64,000 bases of DNA from Raja brachyura (lineage: Eukaryota), in contig OY740792.1 in assembly GCA_963514005.1 (NCBI GenBank), positions 39,866,001-39,930,000 of the forward strand. The letters are read 5' to 3'. Of this stretch, positions 1-13,400 are shown piece after piece; position 1 is the first letter of the stretch, and every line of letters starts with the position of its first letter. The position numbers and the translations under genes were made by a program. The notes under the pieces were generated by a model. The model was not told the origin of the DNA, ran no database searches, and was given only the letters and a program-made list of their open reading frames with translations.

Positions 1-425
1 TCAGATTTAGTATTTTTTTTAAAGCTTTATATAGCCTGTGCATTTTCCAAAATATATAGCTCTTTTTATGCGCTATGGCCTCAATGCAAATTTTTGAGAC
101 AGGATATTATTCTGAAAGGAAATACAGATTTCTGCTGTAGGCTGTAATGCCTGGCAGTTTGCAGATGTTCTGTTCCAGTTGATATGAATTTGTTTTGCTT
201 GTTGGATTTAGCCACCTTGATTTAAATTTAGTTGTTATTTGCTACATGTGTGATCAGCAGCACACAGTTTAATCTTCTGTTTTTGGGAGAGTTTAAGTCT
301 AAATGCTTTACTTGGAAATTGGTTTAAATGCCCCCCTGATCTTGAGCAAACCACCCACTTTGTCTTTGTTCAAAAATGAATTCTGAGGCAGATGTGTCCA
401 CTTTGAGGATTCTGTTTTAACATTT

Positions 426-720
426 GGCGGCACAGTGGTACACCTGCTGCCTCACAGCACCAGAGACCCTGGTTCGATCCTGACCTTGGGTGCTATCTGT
501 GTGGATTTCCCCCGGGTGTTCTGGTTTCCTCCCACAACCCACAGACATGTGGGTTTGTAGGTTAATTCACCTCTGTAAAAATTTGCCCCAAACGTATAGG
601 GAGTGTTTGTGAAAGTGTGATAACATAGAACTAGAATGAATGGCTGATTGTCTGCATGGACACAGTAGGCTGAATGCCTATTTCTATGCTATTTCTCTAA
701 AAGAAAATGAACTAAACTAA
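426..720 (+). mobile_element. tRNA-derived SINE, HE1/V-SINE type
   Basis: A-box-like ggcacagtgg, B-box ggttcgatcc, central ggtttcctcccaca segment, LINE-like tail ending in (aacta)n; several sister copies in the window. Confidence 0.8.
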
Positions 721-1829
721 ATCCTTCTGTTGGTTTCTATCAACCTCTTGATTTTAATTTTTGTGGACCAAGTCGTGTTGATGTGTTGATAAGATTATTG
801 TGATACACATGATAATGTTGGTTAGCCCGTAATAACAGTCACAGTTGTGAAATATAATTGAAGTAGATTTGGTCATCAACTCCTTTCACTTTCAAGTTCA
901 AAGACCCTCTGTCAATTCCTAGAGAATTTCTTGAAATAATTCTACAATGGTATTGTAGAATCAACCTCCGTTTGTATCAAGTACTAGACCCACTAAACAA
1001 TCGCGATTTGAGTGCCAGGTTGCAACTTTTAATGATGCTAACCTTTTCTTTCAAAGGAGCTGAAGACGGTCGATAGAATTATGAACTGTCTGAGACCTTG
1101 GCCACAAGTGAACACGGCAATTCTACTAATAGGAGAGTTCATAATACCAGCAAGATGTCAGTTCATCTCAAGGTAGTAGCAACTTGTTTAGATGCTCAGG
1201 AAGATAGTCATGCACATCTTTACTGACCAAAAGAAGCAACAGTGCCAAGTGTTGCAACCTGCATTTGCTTTTTTAAATGCATAATTAAAATGACAATCTT
1301 TGATGCTGAAGGCATCAATTCTTGCTCTGGAATGCAATTATAGATTATGGTTACCTCCAAAGCCTCGTATATGCACCTATTATTTAATGGTGAGCAGGAA
1401 TGGTGTGTCTTGCCTTACAGTAATATCACAACCAAGGATATTTTCTTTAATTACTGACCGACTTACACCATAGATTGCAGGATTTTAATAAGAAACATAT
1501 GTTTTACTTCTCTTTAGTAAGATTTTTAGCTAAGCAGTAAACTAAAGGTCACACTGTGAGCATTATGGACCCATATGGCAGGGCCCCAATTAGCATCCAG
1601 GTCCACCTACATCTGAGTCTGAGTTAATGCTAAATTTAAGCAGATTATTATCAGGCATGTTTCTGTAACAGTTGGTTGAAGTCATAATGAGGACATAGCT
1701 GCATTGCTGGAGCATTTTGAGATTAATGCAGACAGTGCCTATGACTATCTGCTTTCATTTTGCAGTCTGCAGACAAGGTGAAAGTAGTTTCTGTGGTGAT
1801 TAACTGCAGGTCCCAGTAATTATCTGGGT

Positions 1830-2076
1830 GTTCCCACTAGTGGGAGAGTCTGACTAGAGGTCATAGCCTCAGAATTAAAGGACATTCTTTTAGGAAGGAG
1901 ATGAGGAGAAATTTATTTAGTCAGAGAGTGGTGAATGTGCGGAATTCTTTGCCACAGAAGGCTGTGCAGGTAAAGTCAGTGGATATATTTAAGGCAGGGA
2001 TAGATGGATTCTTGATTAGTACGGGTGTCAGAGGTTATGGGGAGAAGGCAGGAGAATGGGGTTAAGAGGGAGAGAT
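1830..2076 (+). mobile_element. CR1/HER1-type LINE 3' fragment
   Basis: Encodes the ...FxQRVVNxxNSLPQKAV... C-terminal motif; similar to 6160-6473 and to the reverse of 39139-39450. Confidence 0.75.
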
Positions 2077-2489
2077 TATTTAATAATTTATAATTACTTA
2101 AATTTGTTAAGCCTTGAGGTGTACACAATTAAGTTAAGAGTTTAATCTCTCTTTTGGAGAGATTTTACCCCTGATTACTAGTTATGATGAACAATGCTAC
2201 AGTCAATGCATTAGGGAAAATAAAACATTAGCAGGTCCTCGTTCCTATATCATCACAGCATGTTATTTAATTTCATTAAAATGTTTATAAAGAGTTGCTG
2301 AAATCACTAAGATAAAATATTTTTTATGTTGAATGGAATAATTTAACAAATCCCTTTTCTGAGATTACAATTGTAAAAGGTGTAATTGGTCACAACAGGA
2401 GAAAAGAATACAAAAACTCTTGTGAAACTCCTGAGTCTGCTGAGCATTCTCAGTGGCATAAAAAGGTGCCGAATAAGATTGCAAAGTAA

Positions 2490-2719
2490 AGGGCCTGTCC
2501 CACTTTTTTTTGGCGACTGCCGACGTCATTGACCGACGTATCAGGGTCGCCGAAATATTTTGAATATTTCAAAATCCAGCGGCGACAAAAGAAAAGTTGC
2601 GACACTTGAGGAGACTCCGCGTGTCAATACGTCGTCACGCCGCGACCTTTACGGTGACCTTATACGTCAGTCAATGATGCCGACAGTCGCCGGAAAAATT
2701 GCCTAGTGGGACAGGCCCT
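2490..2719. mobile_element. PIF/Harbinger-type MITE
   Basis: Terminal inverted repeat (TIR) AGGGCCTGTCCCACT...AGTGGGACAGGCCCT plus a long imperfect subterminal inverted repeat; flanks TAA / TGA (3-bp TSD with one mismatch). Confidence 0.8.
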
Positions 2720-2956
2720 TGACTGTGTTAGCAGTTATTTGTCAGGTGTAAGTCAAACAGCCACAGTTGACTCCGAATATCTCAATTTAAAAAGTGCAAA
2801 ATTAGCCGGGGTTCCCTTTTGTAATTGTTTTACTGTATTACTGCAGAGTTGTAGTTGTATGTAAATGTAGGTTATTAGTATAAACCTTATAAAAAATAAT
2901 CTGTCAGACTTTTGAGGGCAATACCAGTCCTGCAACGTGTGAATTGCTTGAATCAT

Positions 2957-3258
2957 TTGGTTTAGTTTAATTTAGAAATACATCATGAAACAAGGTCCTC
3001 CGGTCCACTGAGTCCACATCGACCAGCAACCCATGTACACTAGCACTTATCCTACACACTAGGGACAATTTACCAAAGCCAATTAACCTACAAACCTGTA
3101 CGTCTTTCAAATGTGGGAGGAAACTGGAGCACTGGGAGAAAATCCGCACGGTCAAGGGGAGAATGTACAAACTCCGTACAGATAGCACTTGTAGTCAGGA
3201 TTGTACCTGGGTCTCTGGTGCTGTAATGTAACAACTCTACCGCAGCACCACCGTGCCA
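2957..3258 (-). mobile_element. HE1/V-SINE-type SINE
   Basis: Reverse complement of the SINE family at 426, 22905 and 57850. Confidence 0.8.
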
Positions 3259-3740
3259 TCCTAAGCGAAGATTTGCAGTAAAGTTTTCGGCAAACTGAAT
3301 GCTTTGTACAAAATAAGCACTGTAACCGTAATATTCTGTTTGGTATTCTCTTTCCTCAAAGTTCTTGTTCTTTTGTATTGTTAAGTGTTTGAAATGAGCA
3401 TATATTCATGAAGTAGAATTTTGGTCAAGAGTCTACACAGAAAGAGCATGAAGAATTTGGACTACAGAGAGCACGGAACACATGTTTAATTGTTTTGAAT
3501 GTTTTTGCACCTGAAAGGATTAGTAGAAATGTTAACATTCATTTTTAAAAATAAATTCCATGACCGACTCGTGATGTATATTCTGAAATATTGATTATCC
3601 ATTTCTCAAACAGCAACATTAATCATGACATAGAATCGGCTTTGATCACATGTTAAAATTTTGCAGTTTGTTGTATTTTATTAATGGAGGAGATATTATT
3701 ACTTTTTAGTACCAAAGTATGAGCAGGAAGAAGAACATAT

Positions 3741-4049
3741 TTTAGACTTTGGAGATACAGTGCAGAAACATTTGGTTTGCACATTCAGTGCACTGAAACC
3801 TTCGGCCCATCGAGTCCTCGCCGACCAGCAATCACGGCGTACACACATACTATCCTACATTAAGGGCAATTTAGAATTTTTTTACCAAAGCCAGTTACCC
3901 TACAAACCTGTATGCTTTTGTAGTGTGGACGAAACCCATGCAGTCACAGGGAGAATGTACAAACTCCATACTGCAGCAACTGCAGTCAGGATCGAACCGG
4001 GTCTCCGGTGCTGTAAGGCAATAACTTTACCGCTGTGTCACTGTGCCGC
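3741..4049 (-). mobile_element. HE1/V-SINE-type SINE
   Basis: Reverse B-box ggatcgaacc, cttcggcccatcgagtcc tail, same family. Confidence 0.8.
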
Positions 4050-4402
4050 CATATAAAATGTCCTTGATGAGAGCAACAATTGTAAAAAGAAATGCAGATT
4101 TCAATGATACTTTATTGTCACATGTACCTAGGAACAGTGAAATTCTTTGTCTTGGCATACAATCTGGCAAAATCATACAGCAGAGCTCACCTGGGCAGTA
4201 CACAAAGAGTCGCCGTGTTTCTGGCACCGACAAAGTTACAAAAGATGTGTCAGAAATAAGATGTTTTAAATGTTGCATGTCCATTGTTCCTGGTAATAAG
4301 GATGTGTATTTATAAATATTGATAAATACATATTGATAAAGATTTATTTTTATTTTACAGAACAAAGTTGTGGAGAAGGGAAGCTTCAATCAAAAAGACG
4401 TC

Positions 4403-4488
4403 ATGCTGTCAGCAACCCCTTTGTACAGCAACCTTCACAGCTGGATGAGTACTGATAGAGTTCGCATGTGTGGGATTAATGAGGAAGG
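4403..4488 (+). CDS. BCOR: BCOR first coding exon (exon begins at 4361 with 5' UTR)
   Basis: Acceptor ttttacag ends at 4360; ATG at 4403; [29 protein letters not shown]; donor gtaaga at 4489; 86 coding nt, as in human exon 2. Missed by the ORF track. Confidence 0.95.
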
Positions 4489-7400
4489 GTAAGATAATTT
4501 ATATTTTTGCATGGTAGTAAATAAAACAAAATTTTGATCCATTTGGATCCAGTCTATTGAAAAACACTGTTAGCTGATTGGATTGTGACTTTCATTATGA
4601 GCACAGAGATACTTAATAATCTTGCCAGCTCTTACACATGCACAGATTGGATTTGGTTCTCTTGAATGATATGGCAGAGTGGTAATCTGTTTTAATGCTT
4701 GGATGTCTTGGCTAAATGTTTCCTTTTCCAAGCAGAATCAATCAATTTATTGAATTATTTCAGTTATCACAAGAAATAATAAATGTACAGTAGGTGACAA
4801 CCAATTTCAGATTGATTTACAAGAACTGGACCTTCATGAAGTGGCCTGGTGGAATTTGTGGTTGGTGGGAAAGCAATAGTATTACCATTTACCATGAAAG
4901 CCTTCCCCAAAAAGACCTTGCGATCTTCATAATATTAACATAATTTTCTGTCATGGTATTTGCTGTCAGATGTAATTTTGAGAGAATCCCTGGCATCCAT
5001 CTACTTTTTTTAAATCGTTGTAGCTGAGCAGCTGGTTACAGTAATGATTTTTCACTCAACAAGTCGTGAAGGTAAAAACACAATTTTCAAATAAATTGTA
5101 CAGAGAACTAAATAACATTTATAAAATGGACGAATAATTAAGGTGGAAACAAAAATGTCAAATACACTTCCCAAAACCAATTTTTAATTCTATTCAATTT
5201 TTAAATATGTATGCAAAGAAACTACCAGTCACATTGATAAAATTAACATTATTAAGTACAATATGGAGTAAAGAAGACATTTCATGTGAATTCAACTTGG
5301 AATGTTACAGCCATTTACTTCAGGATGGCTTCAGGCTGGTCAGAACTTTCAACAAATAATGTAAATTTATAAGGGATTTAGAGAATGAAAAAGAAATAAG
5401 TAGCCTTAATTAGTAAGAATTAAATGAAGTAACTAATGAATATTTAGTAAATATGCAGGCTGTGGTGACATTATGAGTAGCATTAAAAAAATAGAGTTTA
5501 AGACTAGATATTTTGTAACAGTATCCTAAATGTATCTGTGAAGGGACAAAATACATAAATACATAAACTGACAAATACAAACTAAATGTATTTTAAATTT
5601 TAGAATGGGGCAAAGACGAGGAGAACAGAGAAATATCAGTGAAAACAACTGGACTGTAGTTGTCCAAGATAACACTTACTTTTAAAACTGTCAGTAAAAA
5701 AGCACATTAGAACAGAAAAGTGCAGCCACTACTGTGGTGAGTAAAAAATTAAATATAATCTTAAGTCCCGATGTCTGCAATATCCCCATATGATGAAAAA
5801 AGGTGTTATTACAAGCCGATGTTGCAGCAGTGTAGGATGCCAGAGGTAGAGAAGTCAAAGAGGGAGGAGGGTGGAGAATTAAAGTGAAATGCAACTCAAA
5901 GCTCAGGACCCCTTGCAGACTGAGCAAAGTGGCCTGCAAAGTGAATGGCTAAACTTATTTTGGTTTCTCGAGCATATGGAATGATTAGGCCACTGAATGG
6001 TGGGAAGAGGTAAAAGAGCACACAATAAAGTTTAAGGTGAAAAAAGTGTCAGGTGAAATTTCCTTCATATCTCCATGAGTTAGGACTCTAATTCTAAGGC
6101 AGATCAGCGTTTGTCCCGCCACTCGCAGAAGTCCCGGACATGCTCAATAAGGGGCATCTGGGGAGGTCCAGGACAAGGGGTCACAGCTTAAGGATAAGGG
6201 GGAAATCCTTTAGGACCGAGATGAGGAGGACTTTTTTCACACAGAGAGTGGTGGGTCTCTGGAACTCTGCCACAGAGGGTAGTTAAGGCCAGTTCATTGG
6301 CTATATTTAAGAGGGAGTTAGATGTGGCCCTTGTGGCTAAGGGGATCAGAGGGTATGGAGAGAAGGCAGGTACGGGATACTGAGTTGGATGATCAGCCAT
6401 GATCATATTGAATGGCGGTGCAGGCTCGAAGGGCCGAATGGCCTACTCCTGCACCTAATTTCTATGTTTCTATGAATAGTGCTATTTCCTTGATTTGTTT
6501 CTAGCCTTAACCAGTGACAACGGGTTAGCTGGTGCACCATGGAGTCTGCAATCTGACAGCCTTCCACAAGAGGCAGGGCACATTGAGAGTACTGTTGGAT
6601 TTTCTGGATTAAAACAAGCATTTTTGGAAATACTGCAAACAATTATCGTTTTGCATTATTACTGCTACAAAGCATATGCCATTAAATTGATTATCTACTG
6701 ATACTAGGAAATGTTGCTCAAAACGGGTAACACTCTAGAGCTAAATTAGATTTTTTTTTCCTCATTAAATAAGAGAGTCACATTTCGCCCATGTATGTGT
6801 GATGATTTTAATGTTAACCATCGTGTGTTTAGTTCGCAGTAGTATTTCAACACAGTATAATTTCAGGATTTAAGTAAACCAGACTCCTATGTCAAAAAAC
6901 TATCTCAAACTGTCTTTCACTTTTGGATGGTCCATATTTACATAGAATCAAAAACAAAATAAATGCCAAGGATAAAACTGCATTTCATTTTATCTGGTAC
7001 AAGGTGGAAAATTGAACTGAATTCTGAGCCATTAGGGCAAAATATATTTTTTAACAGGTGACTGGTACTGGGTTGCTGTGGGTAGTGCAGCTCTGGCAGC
7101 CCCAGTTAGCAGGGTTCAACGCAGATGAGAACATTGTTTCGTAGAGCTTAGGAATGCAATCGTGTGTGTGTGTGCGGTTACTTTCTATGAAGAGCTTTCT
7201 CTTTTCATTTATGTGAATAAATTAGATTGCTTCAACATGAATGCTACAATTATTCTAACAGCCCACTGCGGTGTACTCTGCTGGTTACTGTAGCCTAACC
7301 AGGAATAATAGGGCTCACTCTGTGTTGTTTTCTATTCCAGCATGCGCATGGTTTGTCTTGAGGCCATCTTCAAACTCTCTCACTACATATGCTTTAGTCA

Positions 7401-10400
7401 TTATTATCGGAGCAAGACAAGTTGGCGATCATTGTTTTATTAGTTTGTTTCTAATTAGCCAGGGGGGATTGAAGCATCAGTTTTTGCTCTGCGTAACTTA
7501 TCATGTAATGTTACTGGAGGTTGATTATACAGATCTGCCACCGATTTTCTGACATCTGTGGTTCCAGAGCCTTGCCAGATTGTCCGTTTTGCAGGACCAA
7601 CAATGGTCACATAATAATAATGCATAATAATAATAATATTATGAGTTGTTGTCTTCACTCGACATGTTGGTTTATCCAGAGAACAAGAAGGGAGAAGACG
7701 TGAGCACAGTCACCGGCCCACAACTTAAAGTAAAAGCGCACATCAAACCGTGCTGGGCTGTTGTGCAGGGACTGCTTTGCGGTGCTCCCTGTCTGTCCCC
7801 TAACCGGGCCCATTCACTTGATCTCACAGCGGGCAACTCGCAGCCCTCAGGCTCATACACGCTCCAAATCAGATTTTGTTTTTTAAACACATGAGAAAAG
7901 GGATTCCACCGAAGACCGGGTGCTCACATATACTGCAGCTGCAAAGAATCTTTTCTGTATTGTAATTTTGTCCGGATTAAGAGGTGCTGAACTATCAAAC
8001 GGAAAATCAGTTGTGTACCTGTTTAAGGAATCCTACAAGTTGATTTATTGCAGATAACAAGAATTGCGAGTTTCATATGTGAGGCACTCTCTAAGCATTT
8101 GTTTCTCTTTCTGACCTCACTTTACATTTTTTTTTTTGTTCAAATTTTATCATTTGATGATGTTGCTATTACTTGCCTAAAATTTATTTCCTGCAGAAAA
8201 ACTGATATAGTGCATAAATCAGATGCCGAAAGCACAGAGAAATACTTAAAACTGACGTCTGACGATCTTTACTGAAGTTCCATTGGCCAATTTGGAGAAA
8301 CCCTTTGGAGATTTCATTAGTAAAGCTGAAAAGAGAAGTTTACTTGACTCAAGAGTTTTCAGGGACAGTGGCTGAGCTGGCTTTTATCTTACAGAAGTTT
8401 ACATCCTTCTTCAGTGTGTATTGAATTTTTTGAAATAGTGAAGGAAAACCTTGCCATAACTACTGTGGGAAGAGTGAAACAATTTACTTATATCCCATGG
8501 GAGAAACACCTACTGGCATCATCTGAGTATGATCATGATCCACAAAGCCACTTGTTATATGCTTAATATAATGGTGTGTGTGAAGGTTAAGATTAACTTG
8601 GGGGAGCGATAATAATTGGGACTTTTATTTTTAAAATAACTAGTAAATGCAATATAAAGAATCTAAATAGAAATGATTTGAATATGAATTCCTTTTACAG
8701 TAGGAAAGTATCTGTAAGTGATGGTGAAATACAAAAGAACATGAAGCGTTTTGGGATAAGAGAAGAGAATCATATGACCCACAACATGAGTGTGGTAAGC
8801 TATTCCCTTTGCACTTGTCAATATTTTTTCTGATATTTTAATGGACGAATGATCTAATTTATACCCCAATGAGTTTATGATTCTTTTAAAATAAGAGGAA
8901 TTTGATCTCTATTGAACAGTAGTTTTAAAGTTTATACTTATTGGAACAAAGTCACAAGCTGAAATTGTATATTGTTTTTCCTGAGCTCCTCCAGTTACCA
9001 CTTTCAATTTACTGATCTTTCTGTCCTGGGCCGCCTCCACCGTCAGAGTGAGGAATTGGAGGAATAGTACCTTATATTTCGCTTGGGCAGCTTACAGCCC
9101 AACGGTATGAATATTGATTTCTATAATTTCAAGTAACTTTTGCATTCCTCTCCCCTAGCCCCCCCCCCCCCCCCCAATCCTAGTCGCCCTACCAATTCCA
9201 CTGTTCACATCTTTATATCTTGTCCACCCTTCCTGAGGTCATCTGTTGATGGTCCTGATTCGTGCAGGCCTTTTCCCGCCTCCTGTTTATTCCTCCCCAA
9301 CCCCCCCCCACCCCCACCCCCACCACAAACTCTACTTATCAGTCTGAAGATGGGTTCTAGCCCAAAACGTCACCTATTTTTCTCCAGAGATGCTGCCTGA
9401 CCTGCCGAGTTACTCCAGCGATTCTGTCTATCTTCGGTATATGACTTATTCAAGTTTTGCAAAAGGCTGTTCAAATATTAGCAGCTACATCAATCATAAA
9501 GCTAAACTAATTGAGAAAATTAGACTTGAATGCAACATTAAATTCCAGGTGGTACCATTTCAATGCAGAAGCAACAGGAATAAAAATAAAATTATTGGCT
9601 GAACTATTTAGTAGTATATATTACAAAATTTGCTATATCTTTTTTGATTCACGAGATCGGTGGGCAGCATGACTCCTGCCCCCTCTCCAACCCTGCTACA
9701 ATTTTCATTTGTGCCTGAGGCCCAATTGCAGTTTTGGGGCTTACGATATTGGGTATACGTATTTGCAAGATGGGATGGGGTTGGAGGTTAGGGAGGGGAA
9801 GGGATAGAACTGGAAGGCCTGGAAGCAAGTTTGCCAGATGTGATTGGTGTGGAGAAGGAATGATCAGGACACCACTTGCATTGAAATGTGGTTTAGGAAT
9901 CATAATGTATAAGACTGAAGTGCCAAGGTGAGGGGCTTGAGCAATGCCAAGGCTTTGGGGATTTGCTATCTTTGGTGGGATTTGAAGCTTGGACATAGAA
10001 TTGAAGGATTGTGGGGTAGAAGGCTGGCTAAATTGTCAATACAGGAGGCGTATGTTACTGTTGAGTTGGGATGGGGTGTGTCAGTGCACTGTTGTGTATA
10101 GAGGCCCCTCAAGCATGAATGTAAGTTATTGACATATGTGGCAGGGTTATTTAGTGAAGCTATGGATGATTTTCATTGAATGCAACCTGTCAATGGGATT
10201 AGGATTGAGAATCAGTTGAATGAGCAGGATTTGGTCCAAGATTATGTACAATACAACCGCCATCAATGGCTTCCTGCTATCATAAGATCAACAGAACATT
10301 ACAGTTTAGTTGTAAGGGGTAAAATTGAATCCTGACCGTGGCCAACCGACCCGATCGCGACTACTTGCATTTGTTTTTGACCCAATCCAGCCTACAGCCA

Positions 10401-13400
10401 TTTGGAGAAAAGGGATTAAAAAACACTATGCTGTACATGCATTGCCATTGGTCCAAAACAGTGCACCCATTCAGCAATACCAAATAAATCATCCTGAACT
10501 GGATAAAGCATCCGCTGGGCCAATCCAACCTACCCTTGAATAGTTATCAGAATACAAACCTGAACTAACATGACTCTGACCAACATGGTCAGGTTGATTG
10601 ATAACCAGGGACTAGGTGGGATTTTTGCTGCTGTTTGCTCACTTTTGAATTCCAGGATCTTGGCAAAAACTCTCAATGGTAACAGTTCGGGTGTTGAAAG
10701 AGTGCGGCATTACAGAACAGAACTGAGGTGAAGAGAGGAAGGAAATGAATAGAAGAAAAAAAATGCTACATCTTTGAAGATAGTTTGAGTCAATCTGTTA
10801 ATTCCTTGCCTATGGAAATGGTCATAAGCATAGAGAGAATGAGGGAACTGTGCACTCTTGAATCACTTAACTCCTTGTGATGGGTCTTGCTTTTGGAATG
10901 GAATCTGTGATCTCGACCCTCCCTATATTGGTATTCTTTCAATTTCCAAAATATCCACCATTGGCAATTATTCCAGAAGTTGCCAAGATCCATTCCATAA
11001 ACTACTCTCTCTTCTTTTAGATCCATATCTTTGATCAGGCTTTCGATCATTTTCCCTAACATATTCTTGCATAACTCGGCTTCAACTTTTTGTTTGAGAA
11101 TGTGCTGTGATCAGCTTTGGGTAGCTTTCCTGTGTTAAAAGCACAATGTAATTGGAAATTGTTACTGTTGTTCGGGCATTAGCAAATAATCTGCACTGTG
11201 ATGATAAAGCACGGTGATGCTTGAAATGATTGAGCTGAAAATGCCAAAAAAATAGATGATTATGTAACCAGTACATTTGATTTTACACCTCACTCAATGA
11301 TGACTGACGTACTAAAAGGAGATAGAATGACTGGGAGTTGGTGAACAATTTGTGGGAGCAAGATTATCAGTGGCAAGGAAGCAGTGCAGTTAAATAGGTA
11401 CTAACTTGGGGCACGATAAATTAGTTGGTGATCATTAGAACAGTTACTTCATTTTATCTCTATAAACAGAAATGTTCTGGTAAGAGCCAAGACGTAGAAT
11501 ATAAATACTTCCCATTCTACTGTCTGGTTGCTTTATCCAGTAATGTTTTGTTAGGTTATTTTAGTTGGATTATTTTTTCTTCATATACTTATTGACAATG
11601 GATTTTATCATTTTATTAAATAACTGACAGAAAACAAAAAAAAACTCAGAGGACGTTTGTGTTTCGTAAATAATATATGTACAATTAATCGTTATGAAAT
11701 TTTGTCTAGGTGGATGCGGCCTCAGTGAGACAGATTGATCGAGTTAGAGCTGCCGGTGGGATCATGCAAGAGGAGCTCAGAAACCATAATGGTATTATAT
11801 ACCCTACTGCACATGGGCTAAGAAATGAAAAGGAACAAGAGGCTGCAGTGGCCATGACCAGTCTGGGATTTATGGCCGATAGAATGCCTGATTTGAATTA
11901 CAAAGTACATCCACCAGAAACACTGGAAAATGGCAGTGGTTGCACAAAGCCTCATGAAAGCTTTAGCACGCTGTACAAATCACCTCCTGGTCTACAAAAT
12001 GCTGCTGGTGCCAGAGGTGAACCACTGGGTTTAGAAGGATCTTCAGCTGGCAAACAAACTCCGGTGAATGGAACTGGTCCAAGTTACTTGCGACTTCCCT
12101 GGGTTAATCCATACATAGAGAGCCCAGCATCAGGCATGTATTCATTTGTGGACTCATCAAGCAATTACCCAAGGAGCATGTATAAAACATGTTTGATACC
12201 TTCGCAGAACTCTTATGGCTTACCGCAGCATATAACCTATTCGCCCGTCTGTAGTCACAGTGACCGCTTCTTATACATACCACCATCACACTATGGCTTG
12301 CCTCCCATCCCATCATCTCTACCTTCTCCACTAAGGATTACGCCAACTGCAACATCACCCATAATGCCCTCTATGGTTCACTGTTCTGAAAAATGCCTTT
12401 CTGGTCTAATGACAGGTAACCCAAGACTGCCAGTTGATCCACATATTTTGACTCATCAGATTTCAACTAACAAGAAAACAAGGGTTCCAGCTAATGAAAA
12501 GTCAAATTCTGCTGACCCAGCTGCGCTGTTGCAATCTCCAAGACCATCTTCCCGGCTTCACCTAACCTCACCGCAGATTGGAGAGAGCTCTTCTGAATTT
12601 CAGAAGCATCTTGCTAGGATATCTGGGCCTTCTCCTGCAATGGCACTTCCTCATGGTTATTTAAGTCTAAGTAGTGAATTTACTTCTCCCGTTCGATCAG
12701 TAAATGGCAAAACCTCAAAGCTAGAATCTAGTGAAAACTTCCAACAAACAGCAGCACATCCACAAAACACTCAGCCTGAACAAAAAATTACTAAGACTCC
12801 AGCACAGCAAGAAAAGCAGCCGTCCACCAAAGACTGTAATGAAAAGCCTCTAGATCTATCTTCTAAAGTAGGCTGCGGTGAGACCACGAGTGATCAGGTG
12901 TCAAAGACTGAGAGCATTGATAAAGTGGCACCTGGCAAATGGAGAAACAACTCTTCATTGGCAAGCAAGGATACACATTCTGAAAGTTTTTCAACTTCAA
13001 TACATAATGATCTTCCTGTTGAAAGGCCTGCTATTATCAATAAATTGCACTCAACCTGGGCAATTCCTAGTACCAGTTCTCCGGCAGACCACCCAACTAG
13101 TAGTATATTGGTGAGCAATAAAACTCTAGAGCGCATAATTCCACACCAGAGAAGCTCCTCGTGTCCAAGGATTGGAAGTTCCAATAGTTCTGTTACTCAT
13201 ATTCCATGTTCGGTCTCTGGATTGGGCCGACCTGCATCCGCCTCACCTTCACCAAATGTTAACACTGAGTGGGTTCAGTCTGAAAAGGCACAGAGGAATA
13301 ACTCTTCGAATAAGACATCTGTCATTCACCAAACAGGACAGTCCTCTCCAATACCAAGTAAGCAGCCCACTAAAGGGACCAAAGGAAGCTGTCAAGATTT

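Noticed and set aside
426-500. tRNA gene
   Set aside because: Pol III A/B boxes belong to a SINE head; no cloverleaf, and it continues into SINE body.
1-4360. BCOR promoter or first non-coding exon
   Set aside because: No CpG island or supportable promoter; the ATG exon has a splice acceptor, so transcription probably starts upstream of the window.
8197-8275. Candidate second coding exon after ttcctgcag ([12 protein letters not shown]...)
   Set aside because: Runs into TGA with no donor; 8701-8794 fits homology and phase.
10656-10727. Candidate exon ttccag|GATCTTGGC...AG|gtgaag
   Set aside because: No BCOR similarity; its phase (2-2) does not fit after the phase-0 donor at 8794.
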